From NCBI RefSeq assembly GCF_006345805.1, contig NW_021835379.1:1-40439 (forward strand): DNA of 40,439 bases. Reading direction: 5' to 3'. Shown here piece after piece: positions 25,196 to 36,066 of the stretch (the stretch's first letter is position 1; each line of letters opens with the position of its first letter). The notes beneath the pieces are model-generated. The model saw only the letters and a program-made list of their open reading frames with translations. It was not told the DNA's origin and did not search any database. This DNA comes from Octopus sinensis. Its lineage: Eukaryota. The translations under genes were made by a program, and so were the position numbers.

Positions 25196-25221
<26 letters not shown>

Positions 25222-27153
25222 AAGAACAGGTTGCTTGACCGCATACCGAAAAAATAAAAATAGCAGTCAAAAATGCTTATTTCTATCAAAGTTGGACTCC
25301 GGGCATGACAGACCCTGTAATTCACATATGCAAAACAGAAGTCTGGCGGTTATCTGTGAACATCATGTTTCTGGATTATAAACATATTGAATATATATTC
25401 AGCAAAGCTTTCCATTGAAAAAGACTTATCATAGATTTATCAAATGCTACGTACCTCAAACCTTCTGACCATGCGACATCAAAATATTTGAAGAAAGTGA
25501 GCAAAAGCTAAACCTACATAGACGTTTGAATTCATAAATCTTCCCTCCAAAATTTTGCCATGCGCATTACAAAAATAGTTCCATAAGATGGGGAACAATT
25601 AGGTTGTCATAAGGGAGTGAAAAATCCAAATAGTAATATAATAATAAGAGTAAATAATTTCTATAAAGGCTTTTAAAAAAACCCCAATTATTTACTGGTA
25701 GAATTCGGTATGTAAATATAGCCGATTACCGGCAGGAACTTCTGTAAAGTTCAGTATATATATTGTATATAAGAAAAAGGGACAGGCAAAACAGGTTGCT
25801 TGACCGCATACCGAAAAAATAAAAATAGCAGTCAAGAATGCTTATTTCTATCAAAGTTGGACTCCGGGCATGACAGACCCTGTAATTCACATATGCAAAA
25901 CAGAAGGAATAGATAACGAATACGAAGTCTGGCGGTTATCTGTGAACATCATGTTTCTGGATTATAAACATATTGAATATATATTCCATATATATTTTTG
26001 ATATATATTTCATATACATTGCATATATATTTCACATCCTTCTTCAGCACAGCTTTCCATTGAAAAAGATTTATCATAGATTTATCAAATGCTACGTACC
26101 TCAAACCTTCTGACCATGCGACATCAAAATATTTGAAGAAAGTGAGCAAAAGCTAAACCTACATAGACGTTTGAATTCATAAATCTTCCCTCCAAAATTT
26201 TGCCATGCGCATTACAAAAATAGTTCCATAAGATGGGGAACAATTAGGTTGTCATAAGGGAGTGAAAAATCCAAATAGTATATAATAATAAGAGTAAATA
26301 ATTTCTATAAAGGCTTTTAAAAAAACCCCAATTATTTACTGGTAGAATTCGGTATGTAAATATAGCCGATTACCGGCAGGAACTTCTGTAAAGTTCAGTA
26401 TATATATTGTATATAAGAAAAAGGGACAGGCAAAACAGGTTGCTTGACCGCATACCGAAAAAATAGAAATAGCAGTCAAGAATGCTTATTTCTATCAAAG
26501 TTGGACTCCGGGCATGACAGACCCTGTAATTCACATATGCAAAACAGAAGGAATAGATAACGAATACGAAGTCTGGCGGTTATCTGTGAACATCATGTTC
26601 TGGATTATAAACATATTGAATATATATTCCATATATATTTTTGATATATATTTCATATACATTGCATATATATTTCACATCCTTCTTCAGCACAGCTTTC
26701 CATTGAAAAAGATTTATCATAGATTTATCAAATGCTACGTACCTCAAACCTTCTGACCATGCGACATCAAAATATTTGAAGAAAGTGAGCAAAAGCTAAA
26801 CCTACATAGACGTTTGAATTCATAAATCTTCCCTCCAAAATTTTGCCATGCGCATTACAAAAATAGTTCCATAAATTGGGGAACAATTAGGTTGTCATAA
26901 GGGAGTGAAAAATCCAAATAGTAATATAATAATAAGAGTAAATAATTTCTATAAAGGCTTTTGAAAAAACCCCAATTATTTACTGGTAGAATTCGGTATG
27001 TAAATATAGCCGATTACCGGCAGGAACTTCTGTAAAGTTCAGTATATATATTGTATATAAGAAAAAGGGACAGGCAAAACAGGTTGCTTGACCGCATACC
27101 GAAAAAATAGAAATAGCAGTCAAGAATGCTTATTTCTATCAAAGTTGGACTCC
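25222..27153 (+). repeat. Tandem array of a 644-bp unit (one deleted copy, two full copies, one partial)
   Basis: tctgtaaagttcag recurs at 25741, 26385 and 27029. Units are nearly identical. Confidence 0.95.
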
Positions 27154-27285
27154 CTTATGACAACCTAATTGTTCCCCATCTTATGGAACTATTTTTGTAA
27201 TGCGCATGGCAAAATTTTGGAGGGAAGATTTATGAATTCAAACGTCTATGTAGGTTTAGCTTTTGCTCACTTTCTTCAATATTTT
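27149..27285 (-). repeat. Inverted copy of part of the 644-bp unit
   Basis: Reverse complement of 26126-26263. Confidence 0.9.
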
Positions 27286-27620
27286 CAAACCCCACCCGTC
27301 TAACACCCGTGGACATGTTTACAAAGTCAGAAAACAGCACAGCTCCCATGACTTTTGGAAACATTTTTTCATGCTGAGAGTTGCTGAAGCATGGAACAAA
27401 CTGCCGGCATCAGTTGTTAGTTGTCGCAGCACTGCATCCTTCAAAATTTCCATGCTTTCTGAGATTCGCCAACACTACACCTGATTTTCTCCCCTCCATA
27501 CACGCAAGCATGGATCTGACTCATGCATTGTTCACTTTCCAGGCATTTGTACATTACTGCATATGCTTTATATGCACTTTTGACAAGTTGTGGTGCACCT
27601 GAGCACTGTATACAATAATT

Positions 27621-27690
<70 letters not shown>
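27282..27690 (+). mobile_element. CR1-clade LINE 3' end (family 1) with (ATT)n tail
   Basis: HPSNTRGHVYKVRKQH...FFMLRVAEAWNKLPASVV...EIRQHYT*, then 3' UTR and an ATT run at 27623-27690. Confidence 0.9.
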
Positions 27691-27882
27691 CATTTACTTT
27701 CAATCTGCATGTTTGATGCAATCACTTGCCGGGACACACCCAGCGCCCTAGGGCAAGTGAAGGTTAAGAGTTGTTGAAATATAGCTGAAAGCTTGGGGAG
27801 GGGAAGTAGAGAAATATCTCCATGTAATACTACACAAACGTTTACATTGATAGGGTTTTTCTAAGGATGTGGGCAGTACTTG

Positions 27883-27884
<2 letters not shown>
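27691..27884 (-). mobile_element. 3' tip of an RLE-type (R4/Dong-like) LINE inside (TAA)n
   Basis: TSTAHILRKTLSM* matches GTAHILRKTLSIQ* at 37870-37910. Flanked on both sides by (TAA)n in element orientation. Confidence 0.7.
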
Positions 27885-27918
<34 letters not shown>

Positions 27919-28323
27919 GAGTGAGAGAGCAGTTCATGCCATCAAAGCGACACTGGGGTAAAATATATGAAGCCCAATATACCCATCATGACTACCCGTC
28001 TGATAAGGGTACACCAGGCACATGCATCACAACCATAAGTGCGCGACATGATGATCTCATATCAAGATAAACAGCACATGACCTTGCAGGTGGGGCCCAG
28101 TTAGAATTTTCTTCAGGTCGAGTAGCCCATCCGCTCAAAAGCTCCCTGAATAAGGGTTGTTTAAGGATGTTGAAAGAACCACCCATGTTTCCAGAGGTTA
28201 ATTATTCAAACCCCAAAGAATCCTTCTCAACACATGGCTATGATGCTCCCCCACTACTTCTGCTCGTGATCAGAGATGCACGTATCCTCAGTCACTAAGG
28301 GACATGCTCAACTGGTTAAGGTC
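27919..28323 (-). mobile_element. Family B (AAT)n-tailed non-coding retro-like element, copy 1
   Basis: About 405 bp homologous to 29521-29926 and 39815-40222, embedded in ATT/AAT runs. Sense is inferred from the AAT tail. Confidence 0.7.
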
Positions 28324-28377
<54 letters not shown>

Positions 28378-28426
28378 CATTATTATCATTATTATTATTA
28401 TTATTATTATCATTATTATTATTATT

Positions 28427-28499
28427 AAAAAGACAAAACAATGTACATGATAACACTTCCAATCAGTTAAGATCAGAAGCCATGAGAGCCACTGCCTGG
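28427..28499 (-). repeat. 73-bp non-microsatellite island between ATT runs, possibly the 5' head of family B
   Basis: Minus strand reads ccaggcagtggctctcatggc...ttttgtctt. Copy 3 of family B has ...ttcttggtatag... upstream of the part shared by all copies. The link is inference only. Confidence 0.35.
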
Positions 28500-28558
<59 letters not shown>

Positions 28559-29216
28559 CACCATCCGTTCGTGTTCGTTGCCAGCCTCGCCTGGCCACGT
28601 GCCGGTGACACGTAAAAGCACCGTCCGTTCGTGGCCGTTTGCCAGCTCTGTCTGGCCCCGTGTCGGTGGCACGTAAAACCACCATCCGTTCGTGTCCGTT
28701 GCCAGCCTCGGCTGGCCCCCGTGCCGGTGACACGTAAAAGCACCGTCCGTTCGTGGCCGTTTGCCAGCTCTGTCTGGCAACCGTGTCGGTGGCACGTAAA
28801 AGCACCATCCGTTCGCGTCCGTTGCCAGCCTCGGCTGGCTCCCGTGCCGGTGACACGTAAAAGCACCGTCTGTTCGTGGCCGTTTGCCAGCTCTGTCTGG
28901 CCCCGTGTCGGTGGCACGTAAAAGCACCATCCGTTCGTGTCCGTTGCCAGCATCGCCTGGCCCCGTGCCGGTGACACGTAAAAGCACCATCCGTTCGTGG
29001 CCGTTCGCCAGCTCTGTCTGGCACCTGTGCAGGTGGCACGTAAAAAACACCCACTACACTCGCGGAGTGGTTGGCGTTAGGAAGGGCATCCAGCCGTAGA
29101 AACACTGCCAGATCTGACTGGGCCTGACGAAGCCTTCCAGCTTCACAGACCCCAGTTGACCCGTCCAACCCATGCTAGCATGGAAAGCGGACGCTAAATG
29201 ATGATGATGATGATGA
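28559..29216 (+). mobile_element. RTE-tailed SINE-like element with internal 8 x ~61-bp tandem array and (GAT)n tail
   Basis: Alternating A/B units at 28559-29046, then cacccactac...ggcgttaggaagggcatccagc...catgctagcatggaaagcggacg and a GAT run. Confidence 0.8.
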
Positions 29217-29243
29217 TTATTATCATTATTATTATAATTATTA

Positions 29244-29288
<45 letters not shown>

Positions 29289-29380
29289 TATTATTATATT
29301 ATTATCATTATTATTATTATTATCATTATTATATTATTATTATCATTATCATTATTATTATTATTATCATTATCATTATT

Positions 29381-29434
<54 letters not shown>

Positions 29435-29444
29435 ATTATCATTA

Positions 29445-29510
<66 letters not shown>

Positions 29511-29520
29511 TATTATTATT
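29217..29520. repeat. (ATT/ATC)n microsatellite
   Basis: About 300 bp of imperfect trinucleotide run. Confidence 0.95.
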
Positions 29521-29926
29521 GAGTGAGCGAGCAGAGCATGCCATCAAAGTGACACTGGGGTAAAATATACGAAGCCCAGTATACCCATCATGACTACCCG
29601 TCTGATAAAGGTACACCAGGCACATGCATCACAACCATATGTGCGCGACATGGTGATCTCATATCAAGATAAACAGCACATGACCTTGCAGGTGGAGCCC
29701 AGTTAGAATTTTCTTCAGATCGAGTAACCCATCCCGCTCAAAAGGTCCCTGAATAAGGGTTGTTTATGGACGTTGAACGAAACACCCATGTTTCCAGAGG
29801 TGAATTATTCAAACCCCAAAGAATCCTTCTCAACACATGGCTATGATGCTCCCCCACTACTTCTGCTCGTGATCAGAGATGCACATATCGTCAGCCACTA
29901 AGGGACATGCTCAACTGGTTAAGGTC
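29521..29926 (-). mobile_element. Family B element, copy 2
   Basis: Homologous to copy 1, with an identical truncation junction. Confidence 0.7.
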
Positions 29927-29982
<56 letters not shown>

Positions 29983-30215
29983 GCATTATTATCATTATTA
30001 TTATTATTATTATTATCATTATTATTATTATTAAAAAGGGAGTTGGAGAGTAAGATAAAGAGGGCGATAGTGAGAGAGATGATAATGGAAATAAGTTGAG
30101 AGATGTTCTCGAGTGACAATGAGGAAGGGTGAGACGAGGTGAGATGATATACAGGCTTGGGCAGGGTCAGTGGGTAGGGTGAGGTTTGCTAATTCCACAT
30201 TCGTCCCCTACTTAC

Positions 30216-30310
30216 ACTTTCAGACAAGGCCTTTCTCCTTGGTCTTGGAGAGGCAGTTCGGGACGCGCTTCGACTGTTGGAGGGTGACCGAAAATTGCTT
30301 GCCGCTTCTT
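30216..30310 (-). CDS. Candidate 95-bp internal coding exon of an unidentified host gene
   Basis: Long polypyrimidine tract ending tttccag| acceptor, and a |gtaagt donor. CpG-rich island in repeat DNA. Two open frames; one reads EAASNFRSPSNSRSASRTASPRPRRKALSES. Confidence 0.5.
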
Positions 30311-30431
30311 CTGGAAATGCAGAAAAAAAAACAGAAGAAAATAATGAGAGCGAGAGAAAAACGGAAAGAGAAGGAGAGAGAGGGATAGACATAGAGTGAG
30401 AGAAGGAAATAAATTGAGAGAGAGCTATAGT

Positions 30432-30464
30432 GATCATCATCATCATCATCACCACCATCACCAC

Positions 30465-30499
<35 letters not shown>

Positions 30500-30507
30500 C
30501 CACCACC

Positions 30508-30571
<64 letters not shown>

Positions 30572-30582
30572 CCACCACAACC

Positions 30583-30616
<34 letters not shown>

Positions 30617-30633
30617 TCATTATCATCATCATT
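30432..30633. repeat. (CAT/CAC)n microsatellite, tail of the adjacent RTE-type unit
   Basis: About 200 bp of CAT/CAC run. Confidence 0.95.
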
Positions 30634-31280
30634 ATCGCTTAACGTCCATTCTCCATGCTAGCATGGGTGACGGTTCAACTGGGGTCTTGGAAGCCAGAAG
30701 GCTGCGCCAGGCTCCAGTCTGATCTGGCAGTGTTTCTACAGCTGGATGCTCTTCCTAACGCCAACCACTCCGAGATTGTAGTGGGTGCTACATATATATA
30801 TATATCATCATCATCGTTTAACGTCCGTTTTCTGTGCTAGCATGGGTTGGACGGTTCAACTGGGATCCGGGAAGTCAGGAGGCTGCACCAGGCTCCAGTC
30901 TGATCTGGCAGTGTTTCTACAGCTGGATGCCCTTCCTAACGCCAACCACTCCAAGAGTGTAGTGGGTGCTACACATATATATATCATCATATCATCGTTT
31001 AACGTCCATTCCCCATGCTAGCATGGGTTGGACGGTTCGACCGAGGATCTGGGAAGCCAGGAGGCTGCACCAGGCTCCAGTCTGATCTGACAGTGTTTCT
31101 ACAGCTTGATGCCCTTCCTAATGCCAACCACTCTGTGAGTGTAGTGGGTGCGACATATAAATATGTATATATATATATCATCATATCTTCGTTTAACGTT
31201 CGTTTTCCATGCTAGCATGGGTTAGACAGTTCGACCGAGGATCTGGGAAGCCAGAAGGCTGCACCAGGGTCCAGTCTGAT
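30630..31280 (-). mobile_element. Four tandem RTE-type 3' tail units
   Basis: Units start on plus at about 30634, 30805, 30985 and 31180, separated by (TA)n plus (CAT)n. The last unit is partial. Confidence 0.85.
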
Positions 31281-31364
31281 ATAAAATTCAAAATCAATTA
31301 ATCATATTATTGTGTTGACTCTGAAGTTTTGCAATATTTTGGCAACTTTTTTTTTCTCTTTTAA

Positions 31365-31560
31365 TTGTTTCAGTCATTTGACTGCGGCCATGCTGGAGCA
31401 TCACCTTTAATCGAGCAACTCGACCCCGAGACTTATTCTTTTGTAAGCCCAGTACTTATTCTATCGGTCTCTTATGCCGAACCGCTAGGTGACGGGGATA
31501 TAAACACACCAGCATCGGTTGTCAAGCAATGCTAGGGGGACAAACACAAACACACAAACA

Positions 31561-31628
<68 letters not shown>

Positions 31629-31799
31629 TACGACGGGCTTCTTTCAATTTCCGTCTCCCAAATCCACTCACAAGGCATTGGTCGGCCCGAGGCTATAGCA
31701 GAAGACACTTGCCCAAGTTGCCACGCAGTGGGACTGAACCCGGAACCATGTAGGTGGTAAACAAGCTACTTACCACTCAGCCACTCCTGTGCCTATATA

Positions 31800-31860
<61 letters not shown>

Positions 31861-32040
31861 CATATATACATATATACGACGGCCTTCTTTCAGTTTCCAT
31901 CTACCAAATCCACTCACAAGGCTTTGGTCGGCCCGAGGCTATAGTAGAAGACACTTGCCCAAGGTACCACGCAGTGGGACTGAACCCGGAACCATGTGGT
32001 TGGTAAACAAGCTACTTACCACTCAGCCACTCCTGCGCCT
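31365..32040 (-). mobile_element. SINE family A with duplicated head
   Basis: Full copy at 31365-31794, a TA run, and a second head at 31874-32040. Confidence 0.9.
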
Positions 32041-32089
32041 TGTTTGCTTTATTCCTCAAGTTACAACCAAAGCAACTTAGAATTCAGAT

Positions 32090-32945
32090 TCAGGGGCCAT
32101 CGTGTTGTTCCGCTTGAAGCCAGTTTTCTGCTATTCCATTCAATCCATGCTAATATCCGTTCTTGCCCGTCAAGGTGAAGAATTCCTTCACTCATGTTTC
32201 CATCTTGTCTTCGTTGACGAAGCTCAGGACGTGAGCCTTGAATTGGAACAAGTAATTTTTTTGTCGCCCTTTTCAAACCTAGCCAGGCTCATGGGCCCGG
32301 TTTCCCGGTTTCTGTGGAGTATGTGTTCACCCCAGGTGGACGGGACGCCAGTCCATCACAGCGTTACTCAAGACAAAGAAAGAGAGAGTAAGAGAAAGTT
32401 GGGGCGAAAGAGTACAACAGGGGTCGCCTCCACCCCCTGCAAGAGCCTCGTGGAGATTTAGGTGTTTTCGCTCAATAAACACACGCAACGCTCGGTCTGG
32501 GAATCAAAACCGCGATCCTCCGACTACGAATCCACTGCACTAACCACTGGGCCATTGCGCCTCCACAAAATATATTCGCCCTTTTCAAGCCTAGCCGGGC
32601 TCATGGGCCCGGCCCCCCCCCCCCAGCTGGTCGGGACGCCAGACCATCGCAGCGTTACTCAAGAAACAAAAGAGAGAGTGAGAGAAAGCTATGGCAAAAG
32701 AGTACAACAAGGGTTGCCACCACCCCCTGCTGGAGCCCCGTGGAGCTTTTAGGTGTTTTCGCTCAATAAACACACACGACGCTCGGTCTGGGAATCGAAA
32801 CCGCGATCCTCCAACCGCGAGCCCACAGCCCTAACCACTGGGCCATTGTGCCTCCACGGAACAAGTAATACTCCAAGGGAACTAGGTCCGGACTACATAT
32901 GCTAGGTGTGTTAACAGTTCAATTCCCCTTGCTTATTCATCAGCC
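32090..32945 (-). pseudogene. Mariner transposase C-terminal remnant split by a SINE dimer
   Basis: Removing 32257-32869 restores ELLTHLAY/SPDLVPLEYYLFQFK...NEDKMET*VKEFF...GY*HGLNGIAENW, the HPPYSPDLAPSDYHLF region onward. Confidence 0.8.
32257..32857 (-). mobile_element. Head-to-tail dimer of tRNA-derived SINE family C with a 12-bp TSD
   Basis: Heads gtggaggc.caatggcccagtggttag (A box) and ggtttcgattccc (B box). TSD ggaacaagtaat at 32245-32256 and 32858-32869. Confidence 0.9.
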
Positions 32946-33020
32946 CTAAACAACCATTGTTTTCAGAGACCTTTTGAGCAGGATCAACTACTCAACGTGA
33001 AGGAAACTCTATTATAACTC

Positions 33021-33708
33021 TGGAACCCCTATCTTGCCAAGATATCAATCGTCTCGAAGCCGTTCAGCGACGTGCAACCAAAAGAATACCCTCCATCAGG
33101 CATTTGCCATATTCTGAACGCCTTACTTCCCTGGGCATGGATATATTGAAACTCCGACGTCTGGCAGTTGACTTGGCAAACACCCATAAAATTATCAACC
33201 ATCTTACAAACAATAACTCTGAGCACCATTTCAAACTCCACCTGTCTAACACCCGTGGACATGTTTACAAAGTCAGAAAACAGCTCAGCTCCCATGACTT
33301 TTGGAAACATTTTTTCACACTAAGAGTTGCTGAAGCATGGAACAAACTGCCAGCATCAGTTGTTAGTTGTCGGAGCACTGCATCCTTCAAAACTTCCATG
33401 CTTTCTGAGATTTGCCAACACTACACCTGATCTTCTCCCCTCCGTACACACGCTGATGTATGGAACAAACTGCCGGCATCAGTTGTTAGTTGTCGGAGCA
33501 CTGCATCCTTCAAAACTTCCATGCTTCCTGAGATTCGCCAACACTACACCTGATTTTCTACCCTCCATACACACACAAGTATGTATCTGACTCATACACT
33601 GTTCACTTCCCAGCCATTTGTACACTACTGCATATACTTTATACGCACTTTTGACAAGTTGTGGTGCACCTGAGCACTGTATATAATAATTTCATTATTA
33701 TTATAATT
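33021..33708 (+). mobile_element. CR1 family 1 3' end with two copies of the 123-bp terminal unit
   Basis: WNPYLAKISIV/RLEAVQRRATKRIPSIRHLPYSERL...HYT*, then the duplicated unit, UTR and a short ATT tail. Confidence 0.9.
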
Positions 33709-34590
33709 AAAATTATTAACCCTCTTACAAACAATAACTCTGAGTACCTTTTCAAACTCCACCCATCTAACATCCGTGGACATATTTACAAAGTCAGAAA
33801 ACAGCACAGCTCCGATGACTTTTGGAAACATTCTTTCACTCTAAGAGTTGCTGTGGTATGGAACAAACTGCCGGCATCAGTGTTAGTTGTCGGAGCACAG
33901 CATCCTTCAAAACTTCCATGGTTTCTGAGATTCGCCAACACTAGACCTGATTTTCCCCCTCCATACACACGCTGAAGCATTGAACAAACTGCCGGCATCA
34001 GTTGTTAATTGTCGGAGCACTGCATCCTTCAAAACTTCCATGCTTTCTGAGATTTGCCAACACTACACCTGATCTTCTCCCCTCCATACACACGCTGAAG
34101 CATTGAGCAAACTGCCGGCATCAGTTGTTAGTTGCCGGAGCACAGCATCCTTCAAAACTTCCATGCTTCCTGAGATTCGCCAACACTACACCTGATCTTC
34201 TCCCCTCCATACACACGCTGAAGCATTGAACAAATTGCCGGCATCAGTTGTTAGTTGCCGGAGCACTGCATCCTTCAAAACTTCCATGCTTTCTGAGATT
34301 TGCCAACACTACAACCTGATCTTCTCCCCTCCATACACACGCTGATGTATGGAACAAACTGCCAGCATCAGTTGTAGTTGTCGGAGCACTGCATCCTTCA
34401 AAACTTCCATGCTTCCTGAGATTCGCCAACACTACACCTGATTTTCTCCCCTCCATACACACACAAGCATGTATCTGACTTATGCATTGTTCGCTTTCAA
34501 TACATTTGTACATTACTGCATACGCTTTATACGCACTTTCTGACAAGTTGTGGTGCACCTGAGCACTGTATACAATAATTTCATTATTAT
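33709..34590 (+). mobile_element. CR1 family 1 3' end with five copies of the 123-bp unit
   Basis: Added units start at 33975, 34098, 34221 and 34345. Confidence 0.9.
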
Positions 34591-34864
34591 AAAATAACTT
34601 CACTTATTAAATAACTGTTTTGAACTAGGAGTGTCGTGTTTACATTGTACTACACGTAACTTTAAATATTTTTTAAAATAGCATTCTATTCTTCCTAAAT
34701 TTTAGATCTTAATGTGTTTCATAAATCAATAAGGAAATAGCAAACCTTGCTACATTTGAGTATCTAATAAGCAATAGTTTATAAGGAAATTTAATAATAT
34801 AAGCATATTAAATTAAGTTGAATAAAATCTTTTTAGATTCCTATGATTATTACATAAATTACAT

Positions 34865-35035
34865 AGGCGCAGAAGTGGCTGTGTGGTAAGTAGCTTGCAT
34901 ACCAACCACATGGTTCTGGGTTCAGTCCCACTGCGTGGCATTTTGGGCAAATGTATTCTGCTATAGCCCCGGGGGGACCAATGCCTTGTGAGTGGGTTTG
35001 GTAGGCGGAAACTGAAAGAAGCCTGTCGTGTATAC

Positions 35036-35066
<31 letters not shown>

Positions 35067-35492
35067 ATATATATATAGGCGCAGAAGTGGCTGTGTGGTA
35101 AGTAGCCTGCATACCAACCACATGGTTCCGGGTTCAGTCCCACTGCGTGGAATTTTGGGCAAATGTCTTCTGCTATAGCCCCGGGCCGACCATGCCTTGT
35201 CAGTGGATTTGGTAGACGGAAACTGAAAGAAGCCTGTCGTATATATGTATATATATATATATATGTATATGTATGTGTCTGTATATGTTTGTGTCTGTGT
35301 TTGTCCCCCTAGCATTGTTTGACAACCGATGCTGGTGTGTTTACGTCCTCGTCACGTAGCGGTTCGGCAAAAGAGACCAATAGAATAAGTACTGGGCTTA
35401 CAAAGAATAAGTCCCAGGGTCGATTTGCTCGACTAAAGGCGGTGCTCCAGCATGGCCGCAGTCACATGACTGAAACAAGTAAAAGAGTAAAG
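34865..35492 (+). mobile_element. SINE family A with duplicated head
   Basis: Head at 34865-35030, a TA run, and a full copy at 35077-35492. Confidence 0.9.
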
Positions 35493-35639
35493 AGAGAGAG
35501 TTACCCACCTTGCATTGTATTTCAGAGAATTAGGCGTGTGAGTCAATTAATGCCTTATTTACTGAGGATATCCTCATAAAACTATTTTCTAAATCTCCTT
35601 AATTGATATTTAAAACCTGATAAAAAATAAATAATATCT

Positions 35640-36066
35640 AAGACTCTAAATGGTCCAGAAGCTGGCTACCCGCATGGTTCTTGGTCTCAAGCATTTGTCA
35701 TATGAAGACGCTCAACCTTTATTCTCTAGAAAAACGACGACGCCATGGTGATCTCATTCTCGCTCACAACATCATAAGCGGAAAGTGTAACCTCTCGAAA
35801 GAGCTGTTCTTCACTCCTGCTCCAGAGCGTCGGCTGCGGGGTCACTCCGAAAAGCTCTATCTGCGACGATTTCATCTCAATCGAAGGAAAGGGCCATTCT
35901 CCGTCGGGGCTGCGGATCCGTGGAATAAGCTGCCGGACAAGATAGTGAAGATGCCGATGACCACTCGGTTCAAAGTCTCTCTTGACCACAAGTGGCCAGA
36001 ACTCTTTACATGAACACCACCCTGTACATAACTCCATGTCCCCTACATGGCCTTGCTTTTTGCTTT
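35640..36066 (+). mobile_element. CR1 family 2 3' end
   Basis: MVQKLATRMV, TLNLYSLEKRRRHGDLI, RLRGHSEKLY, DPWNKLP, KWPELFT*, and a short UTR. Confidence 0.85.

Noticed and set aside
26000-26055. Minus-strand CUGAAGA...GAAA in the 644-bp unit as a retrozyme hammerhead
   Set aside because: No helix II, no convincing helix I, and the cleavage position would be G.
28559-29046. CRISPR-like regular repeat, or a known ribozyme class (HDV, twister, pistol)
   Set aside because: There are no unique spacers, no cas genes, and the context is eukaryotic. The conserved cores of those ribozymes could not be placed; only the hairpin and pseudoknot potential is supported.
28473-30722. Long ORFs of poly-I, N, Y, L, H, M and repetitive TRT/RG peptides
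   Set aside because: These are translations of microsatellites and of the 61-bp array; there is no coding evidence. The same applies to ORFs at 37288, 38478, 39296-39865 and 40119.
32480-32857. tRNA genes
   Set aside because: The A/B boxes belong to SINE heads followed by SINE bodies, and no complete cloverleaf is present. The same holds for the family A and D heads.
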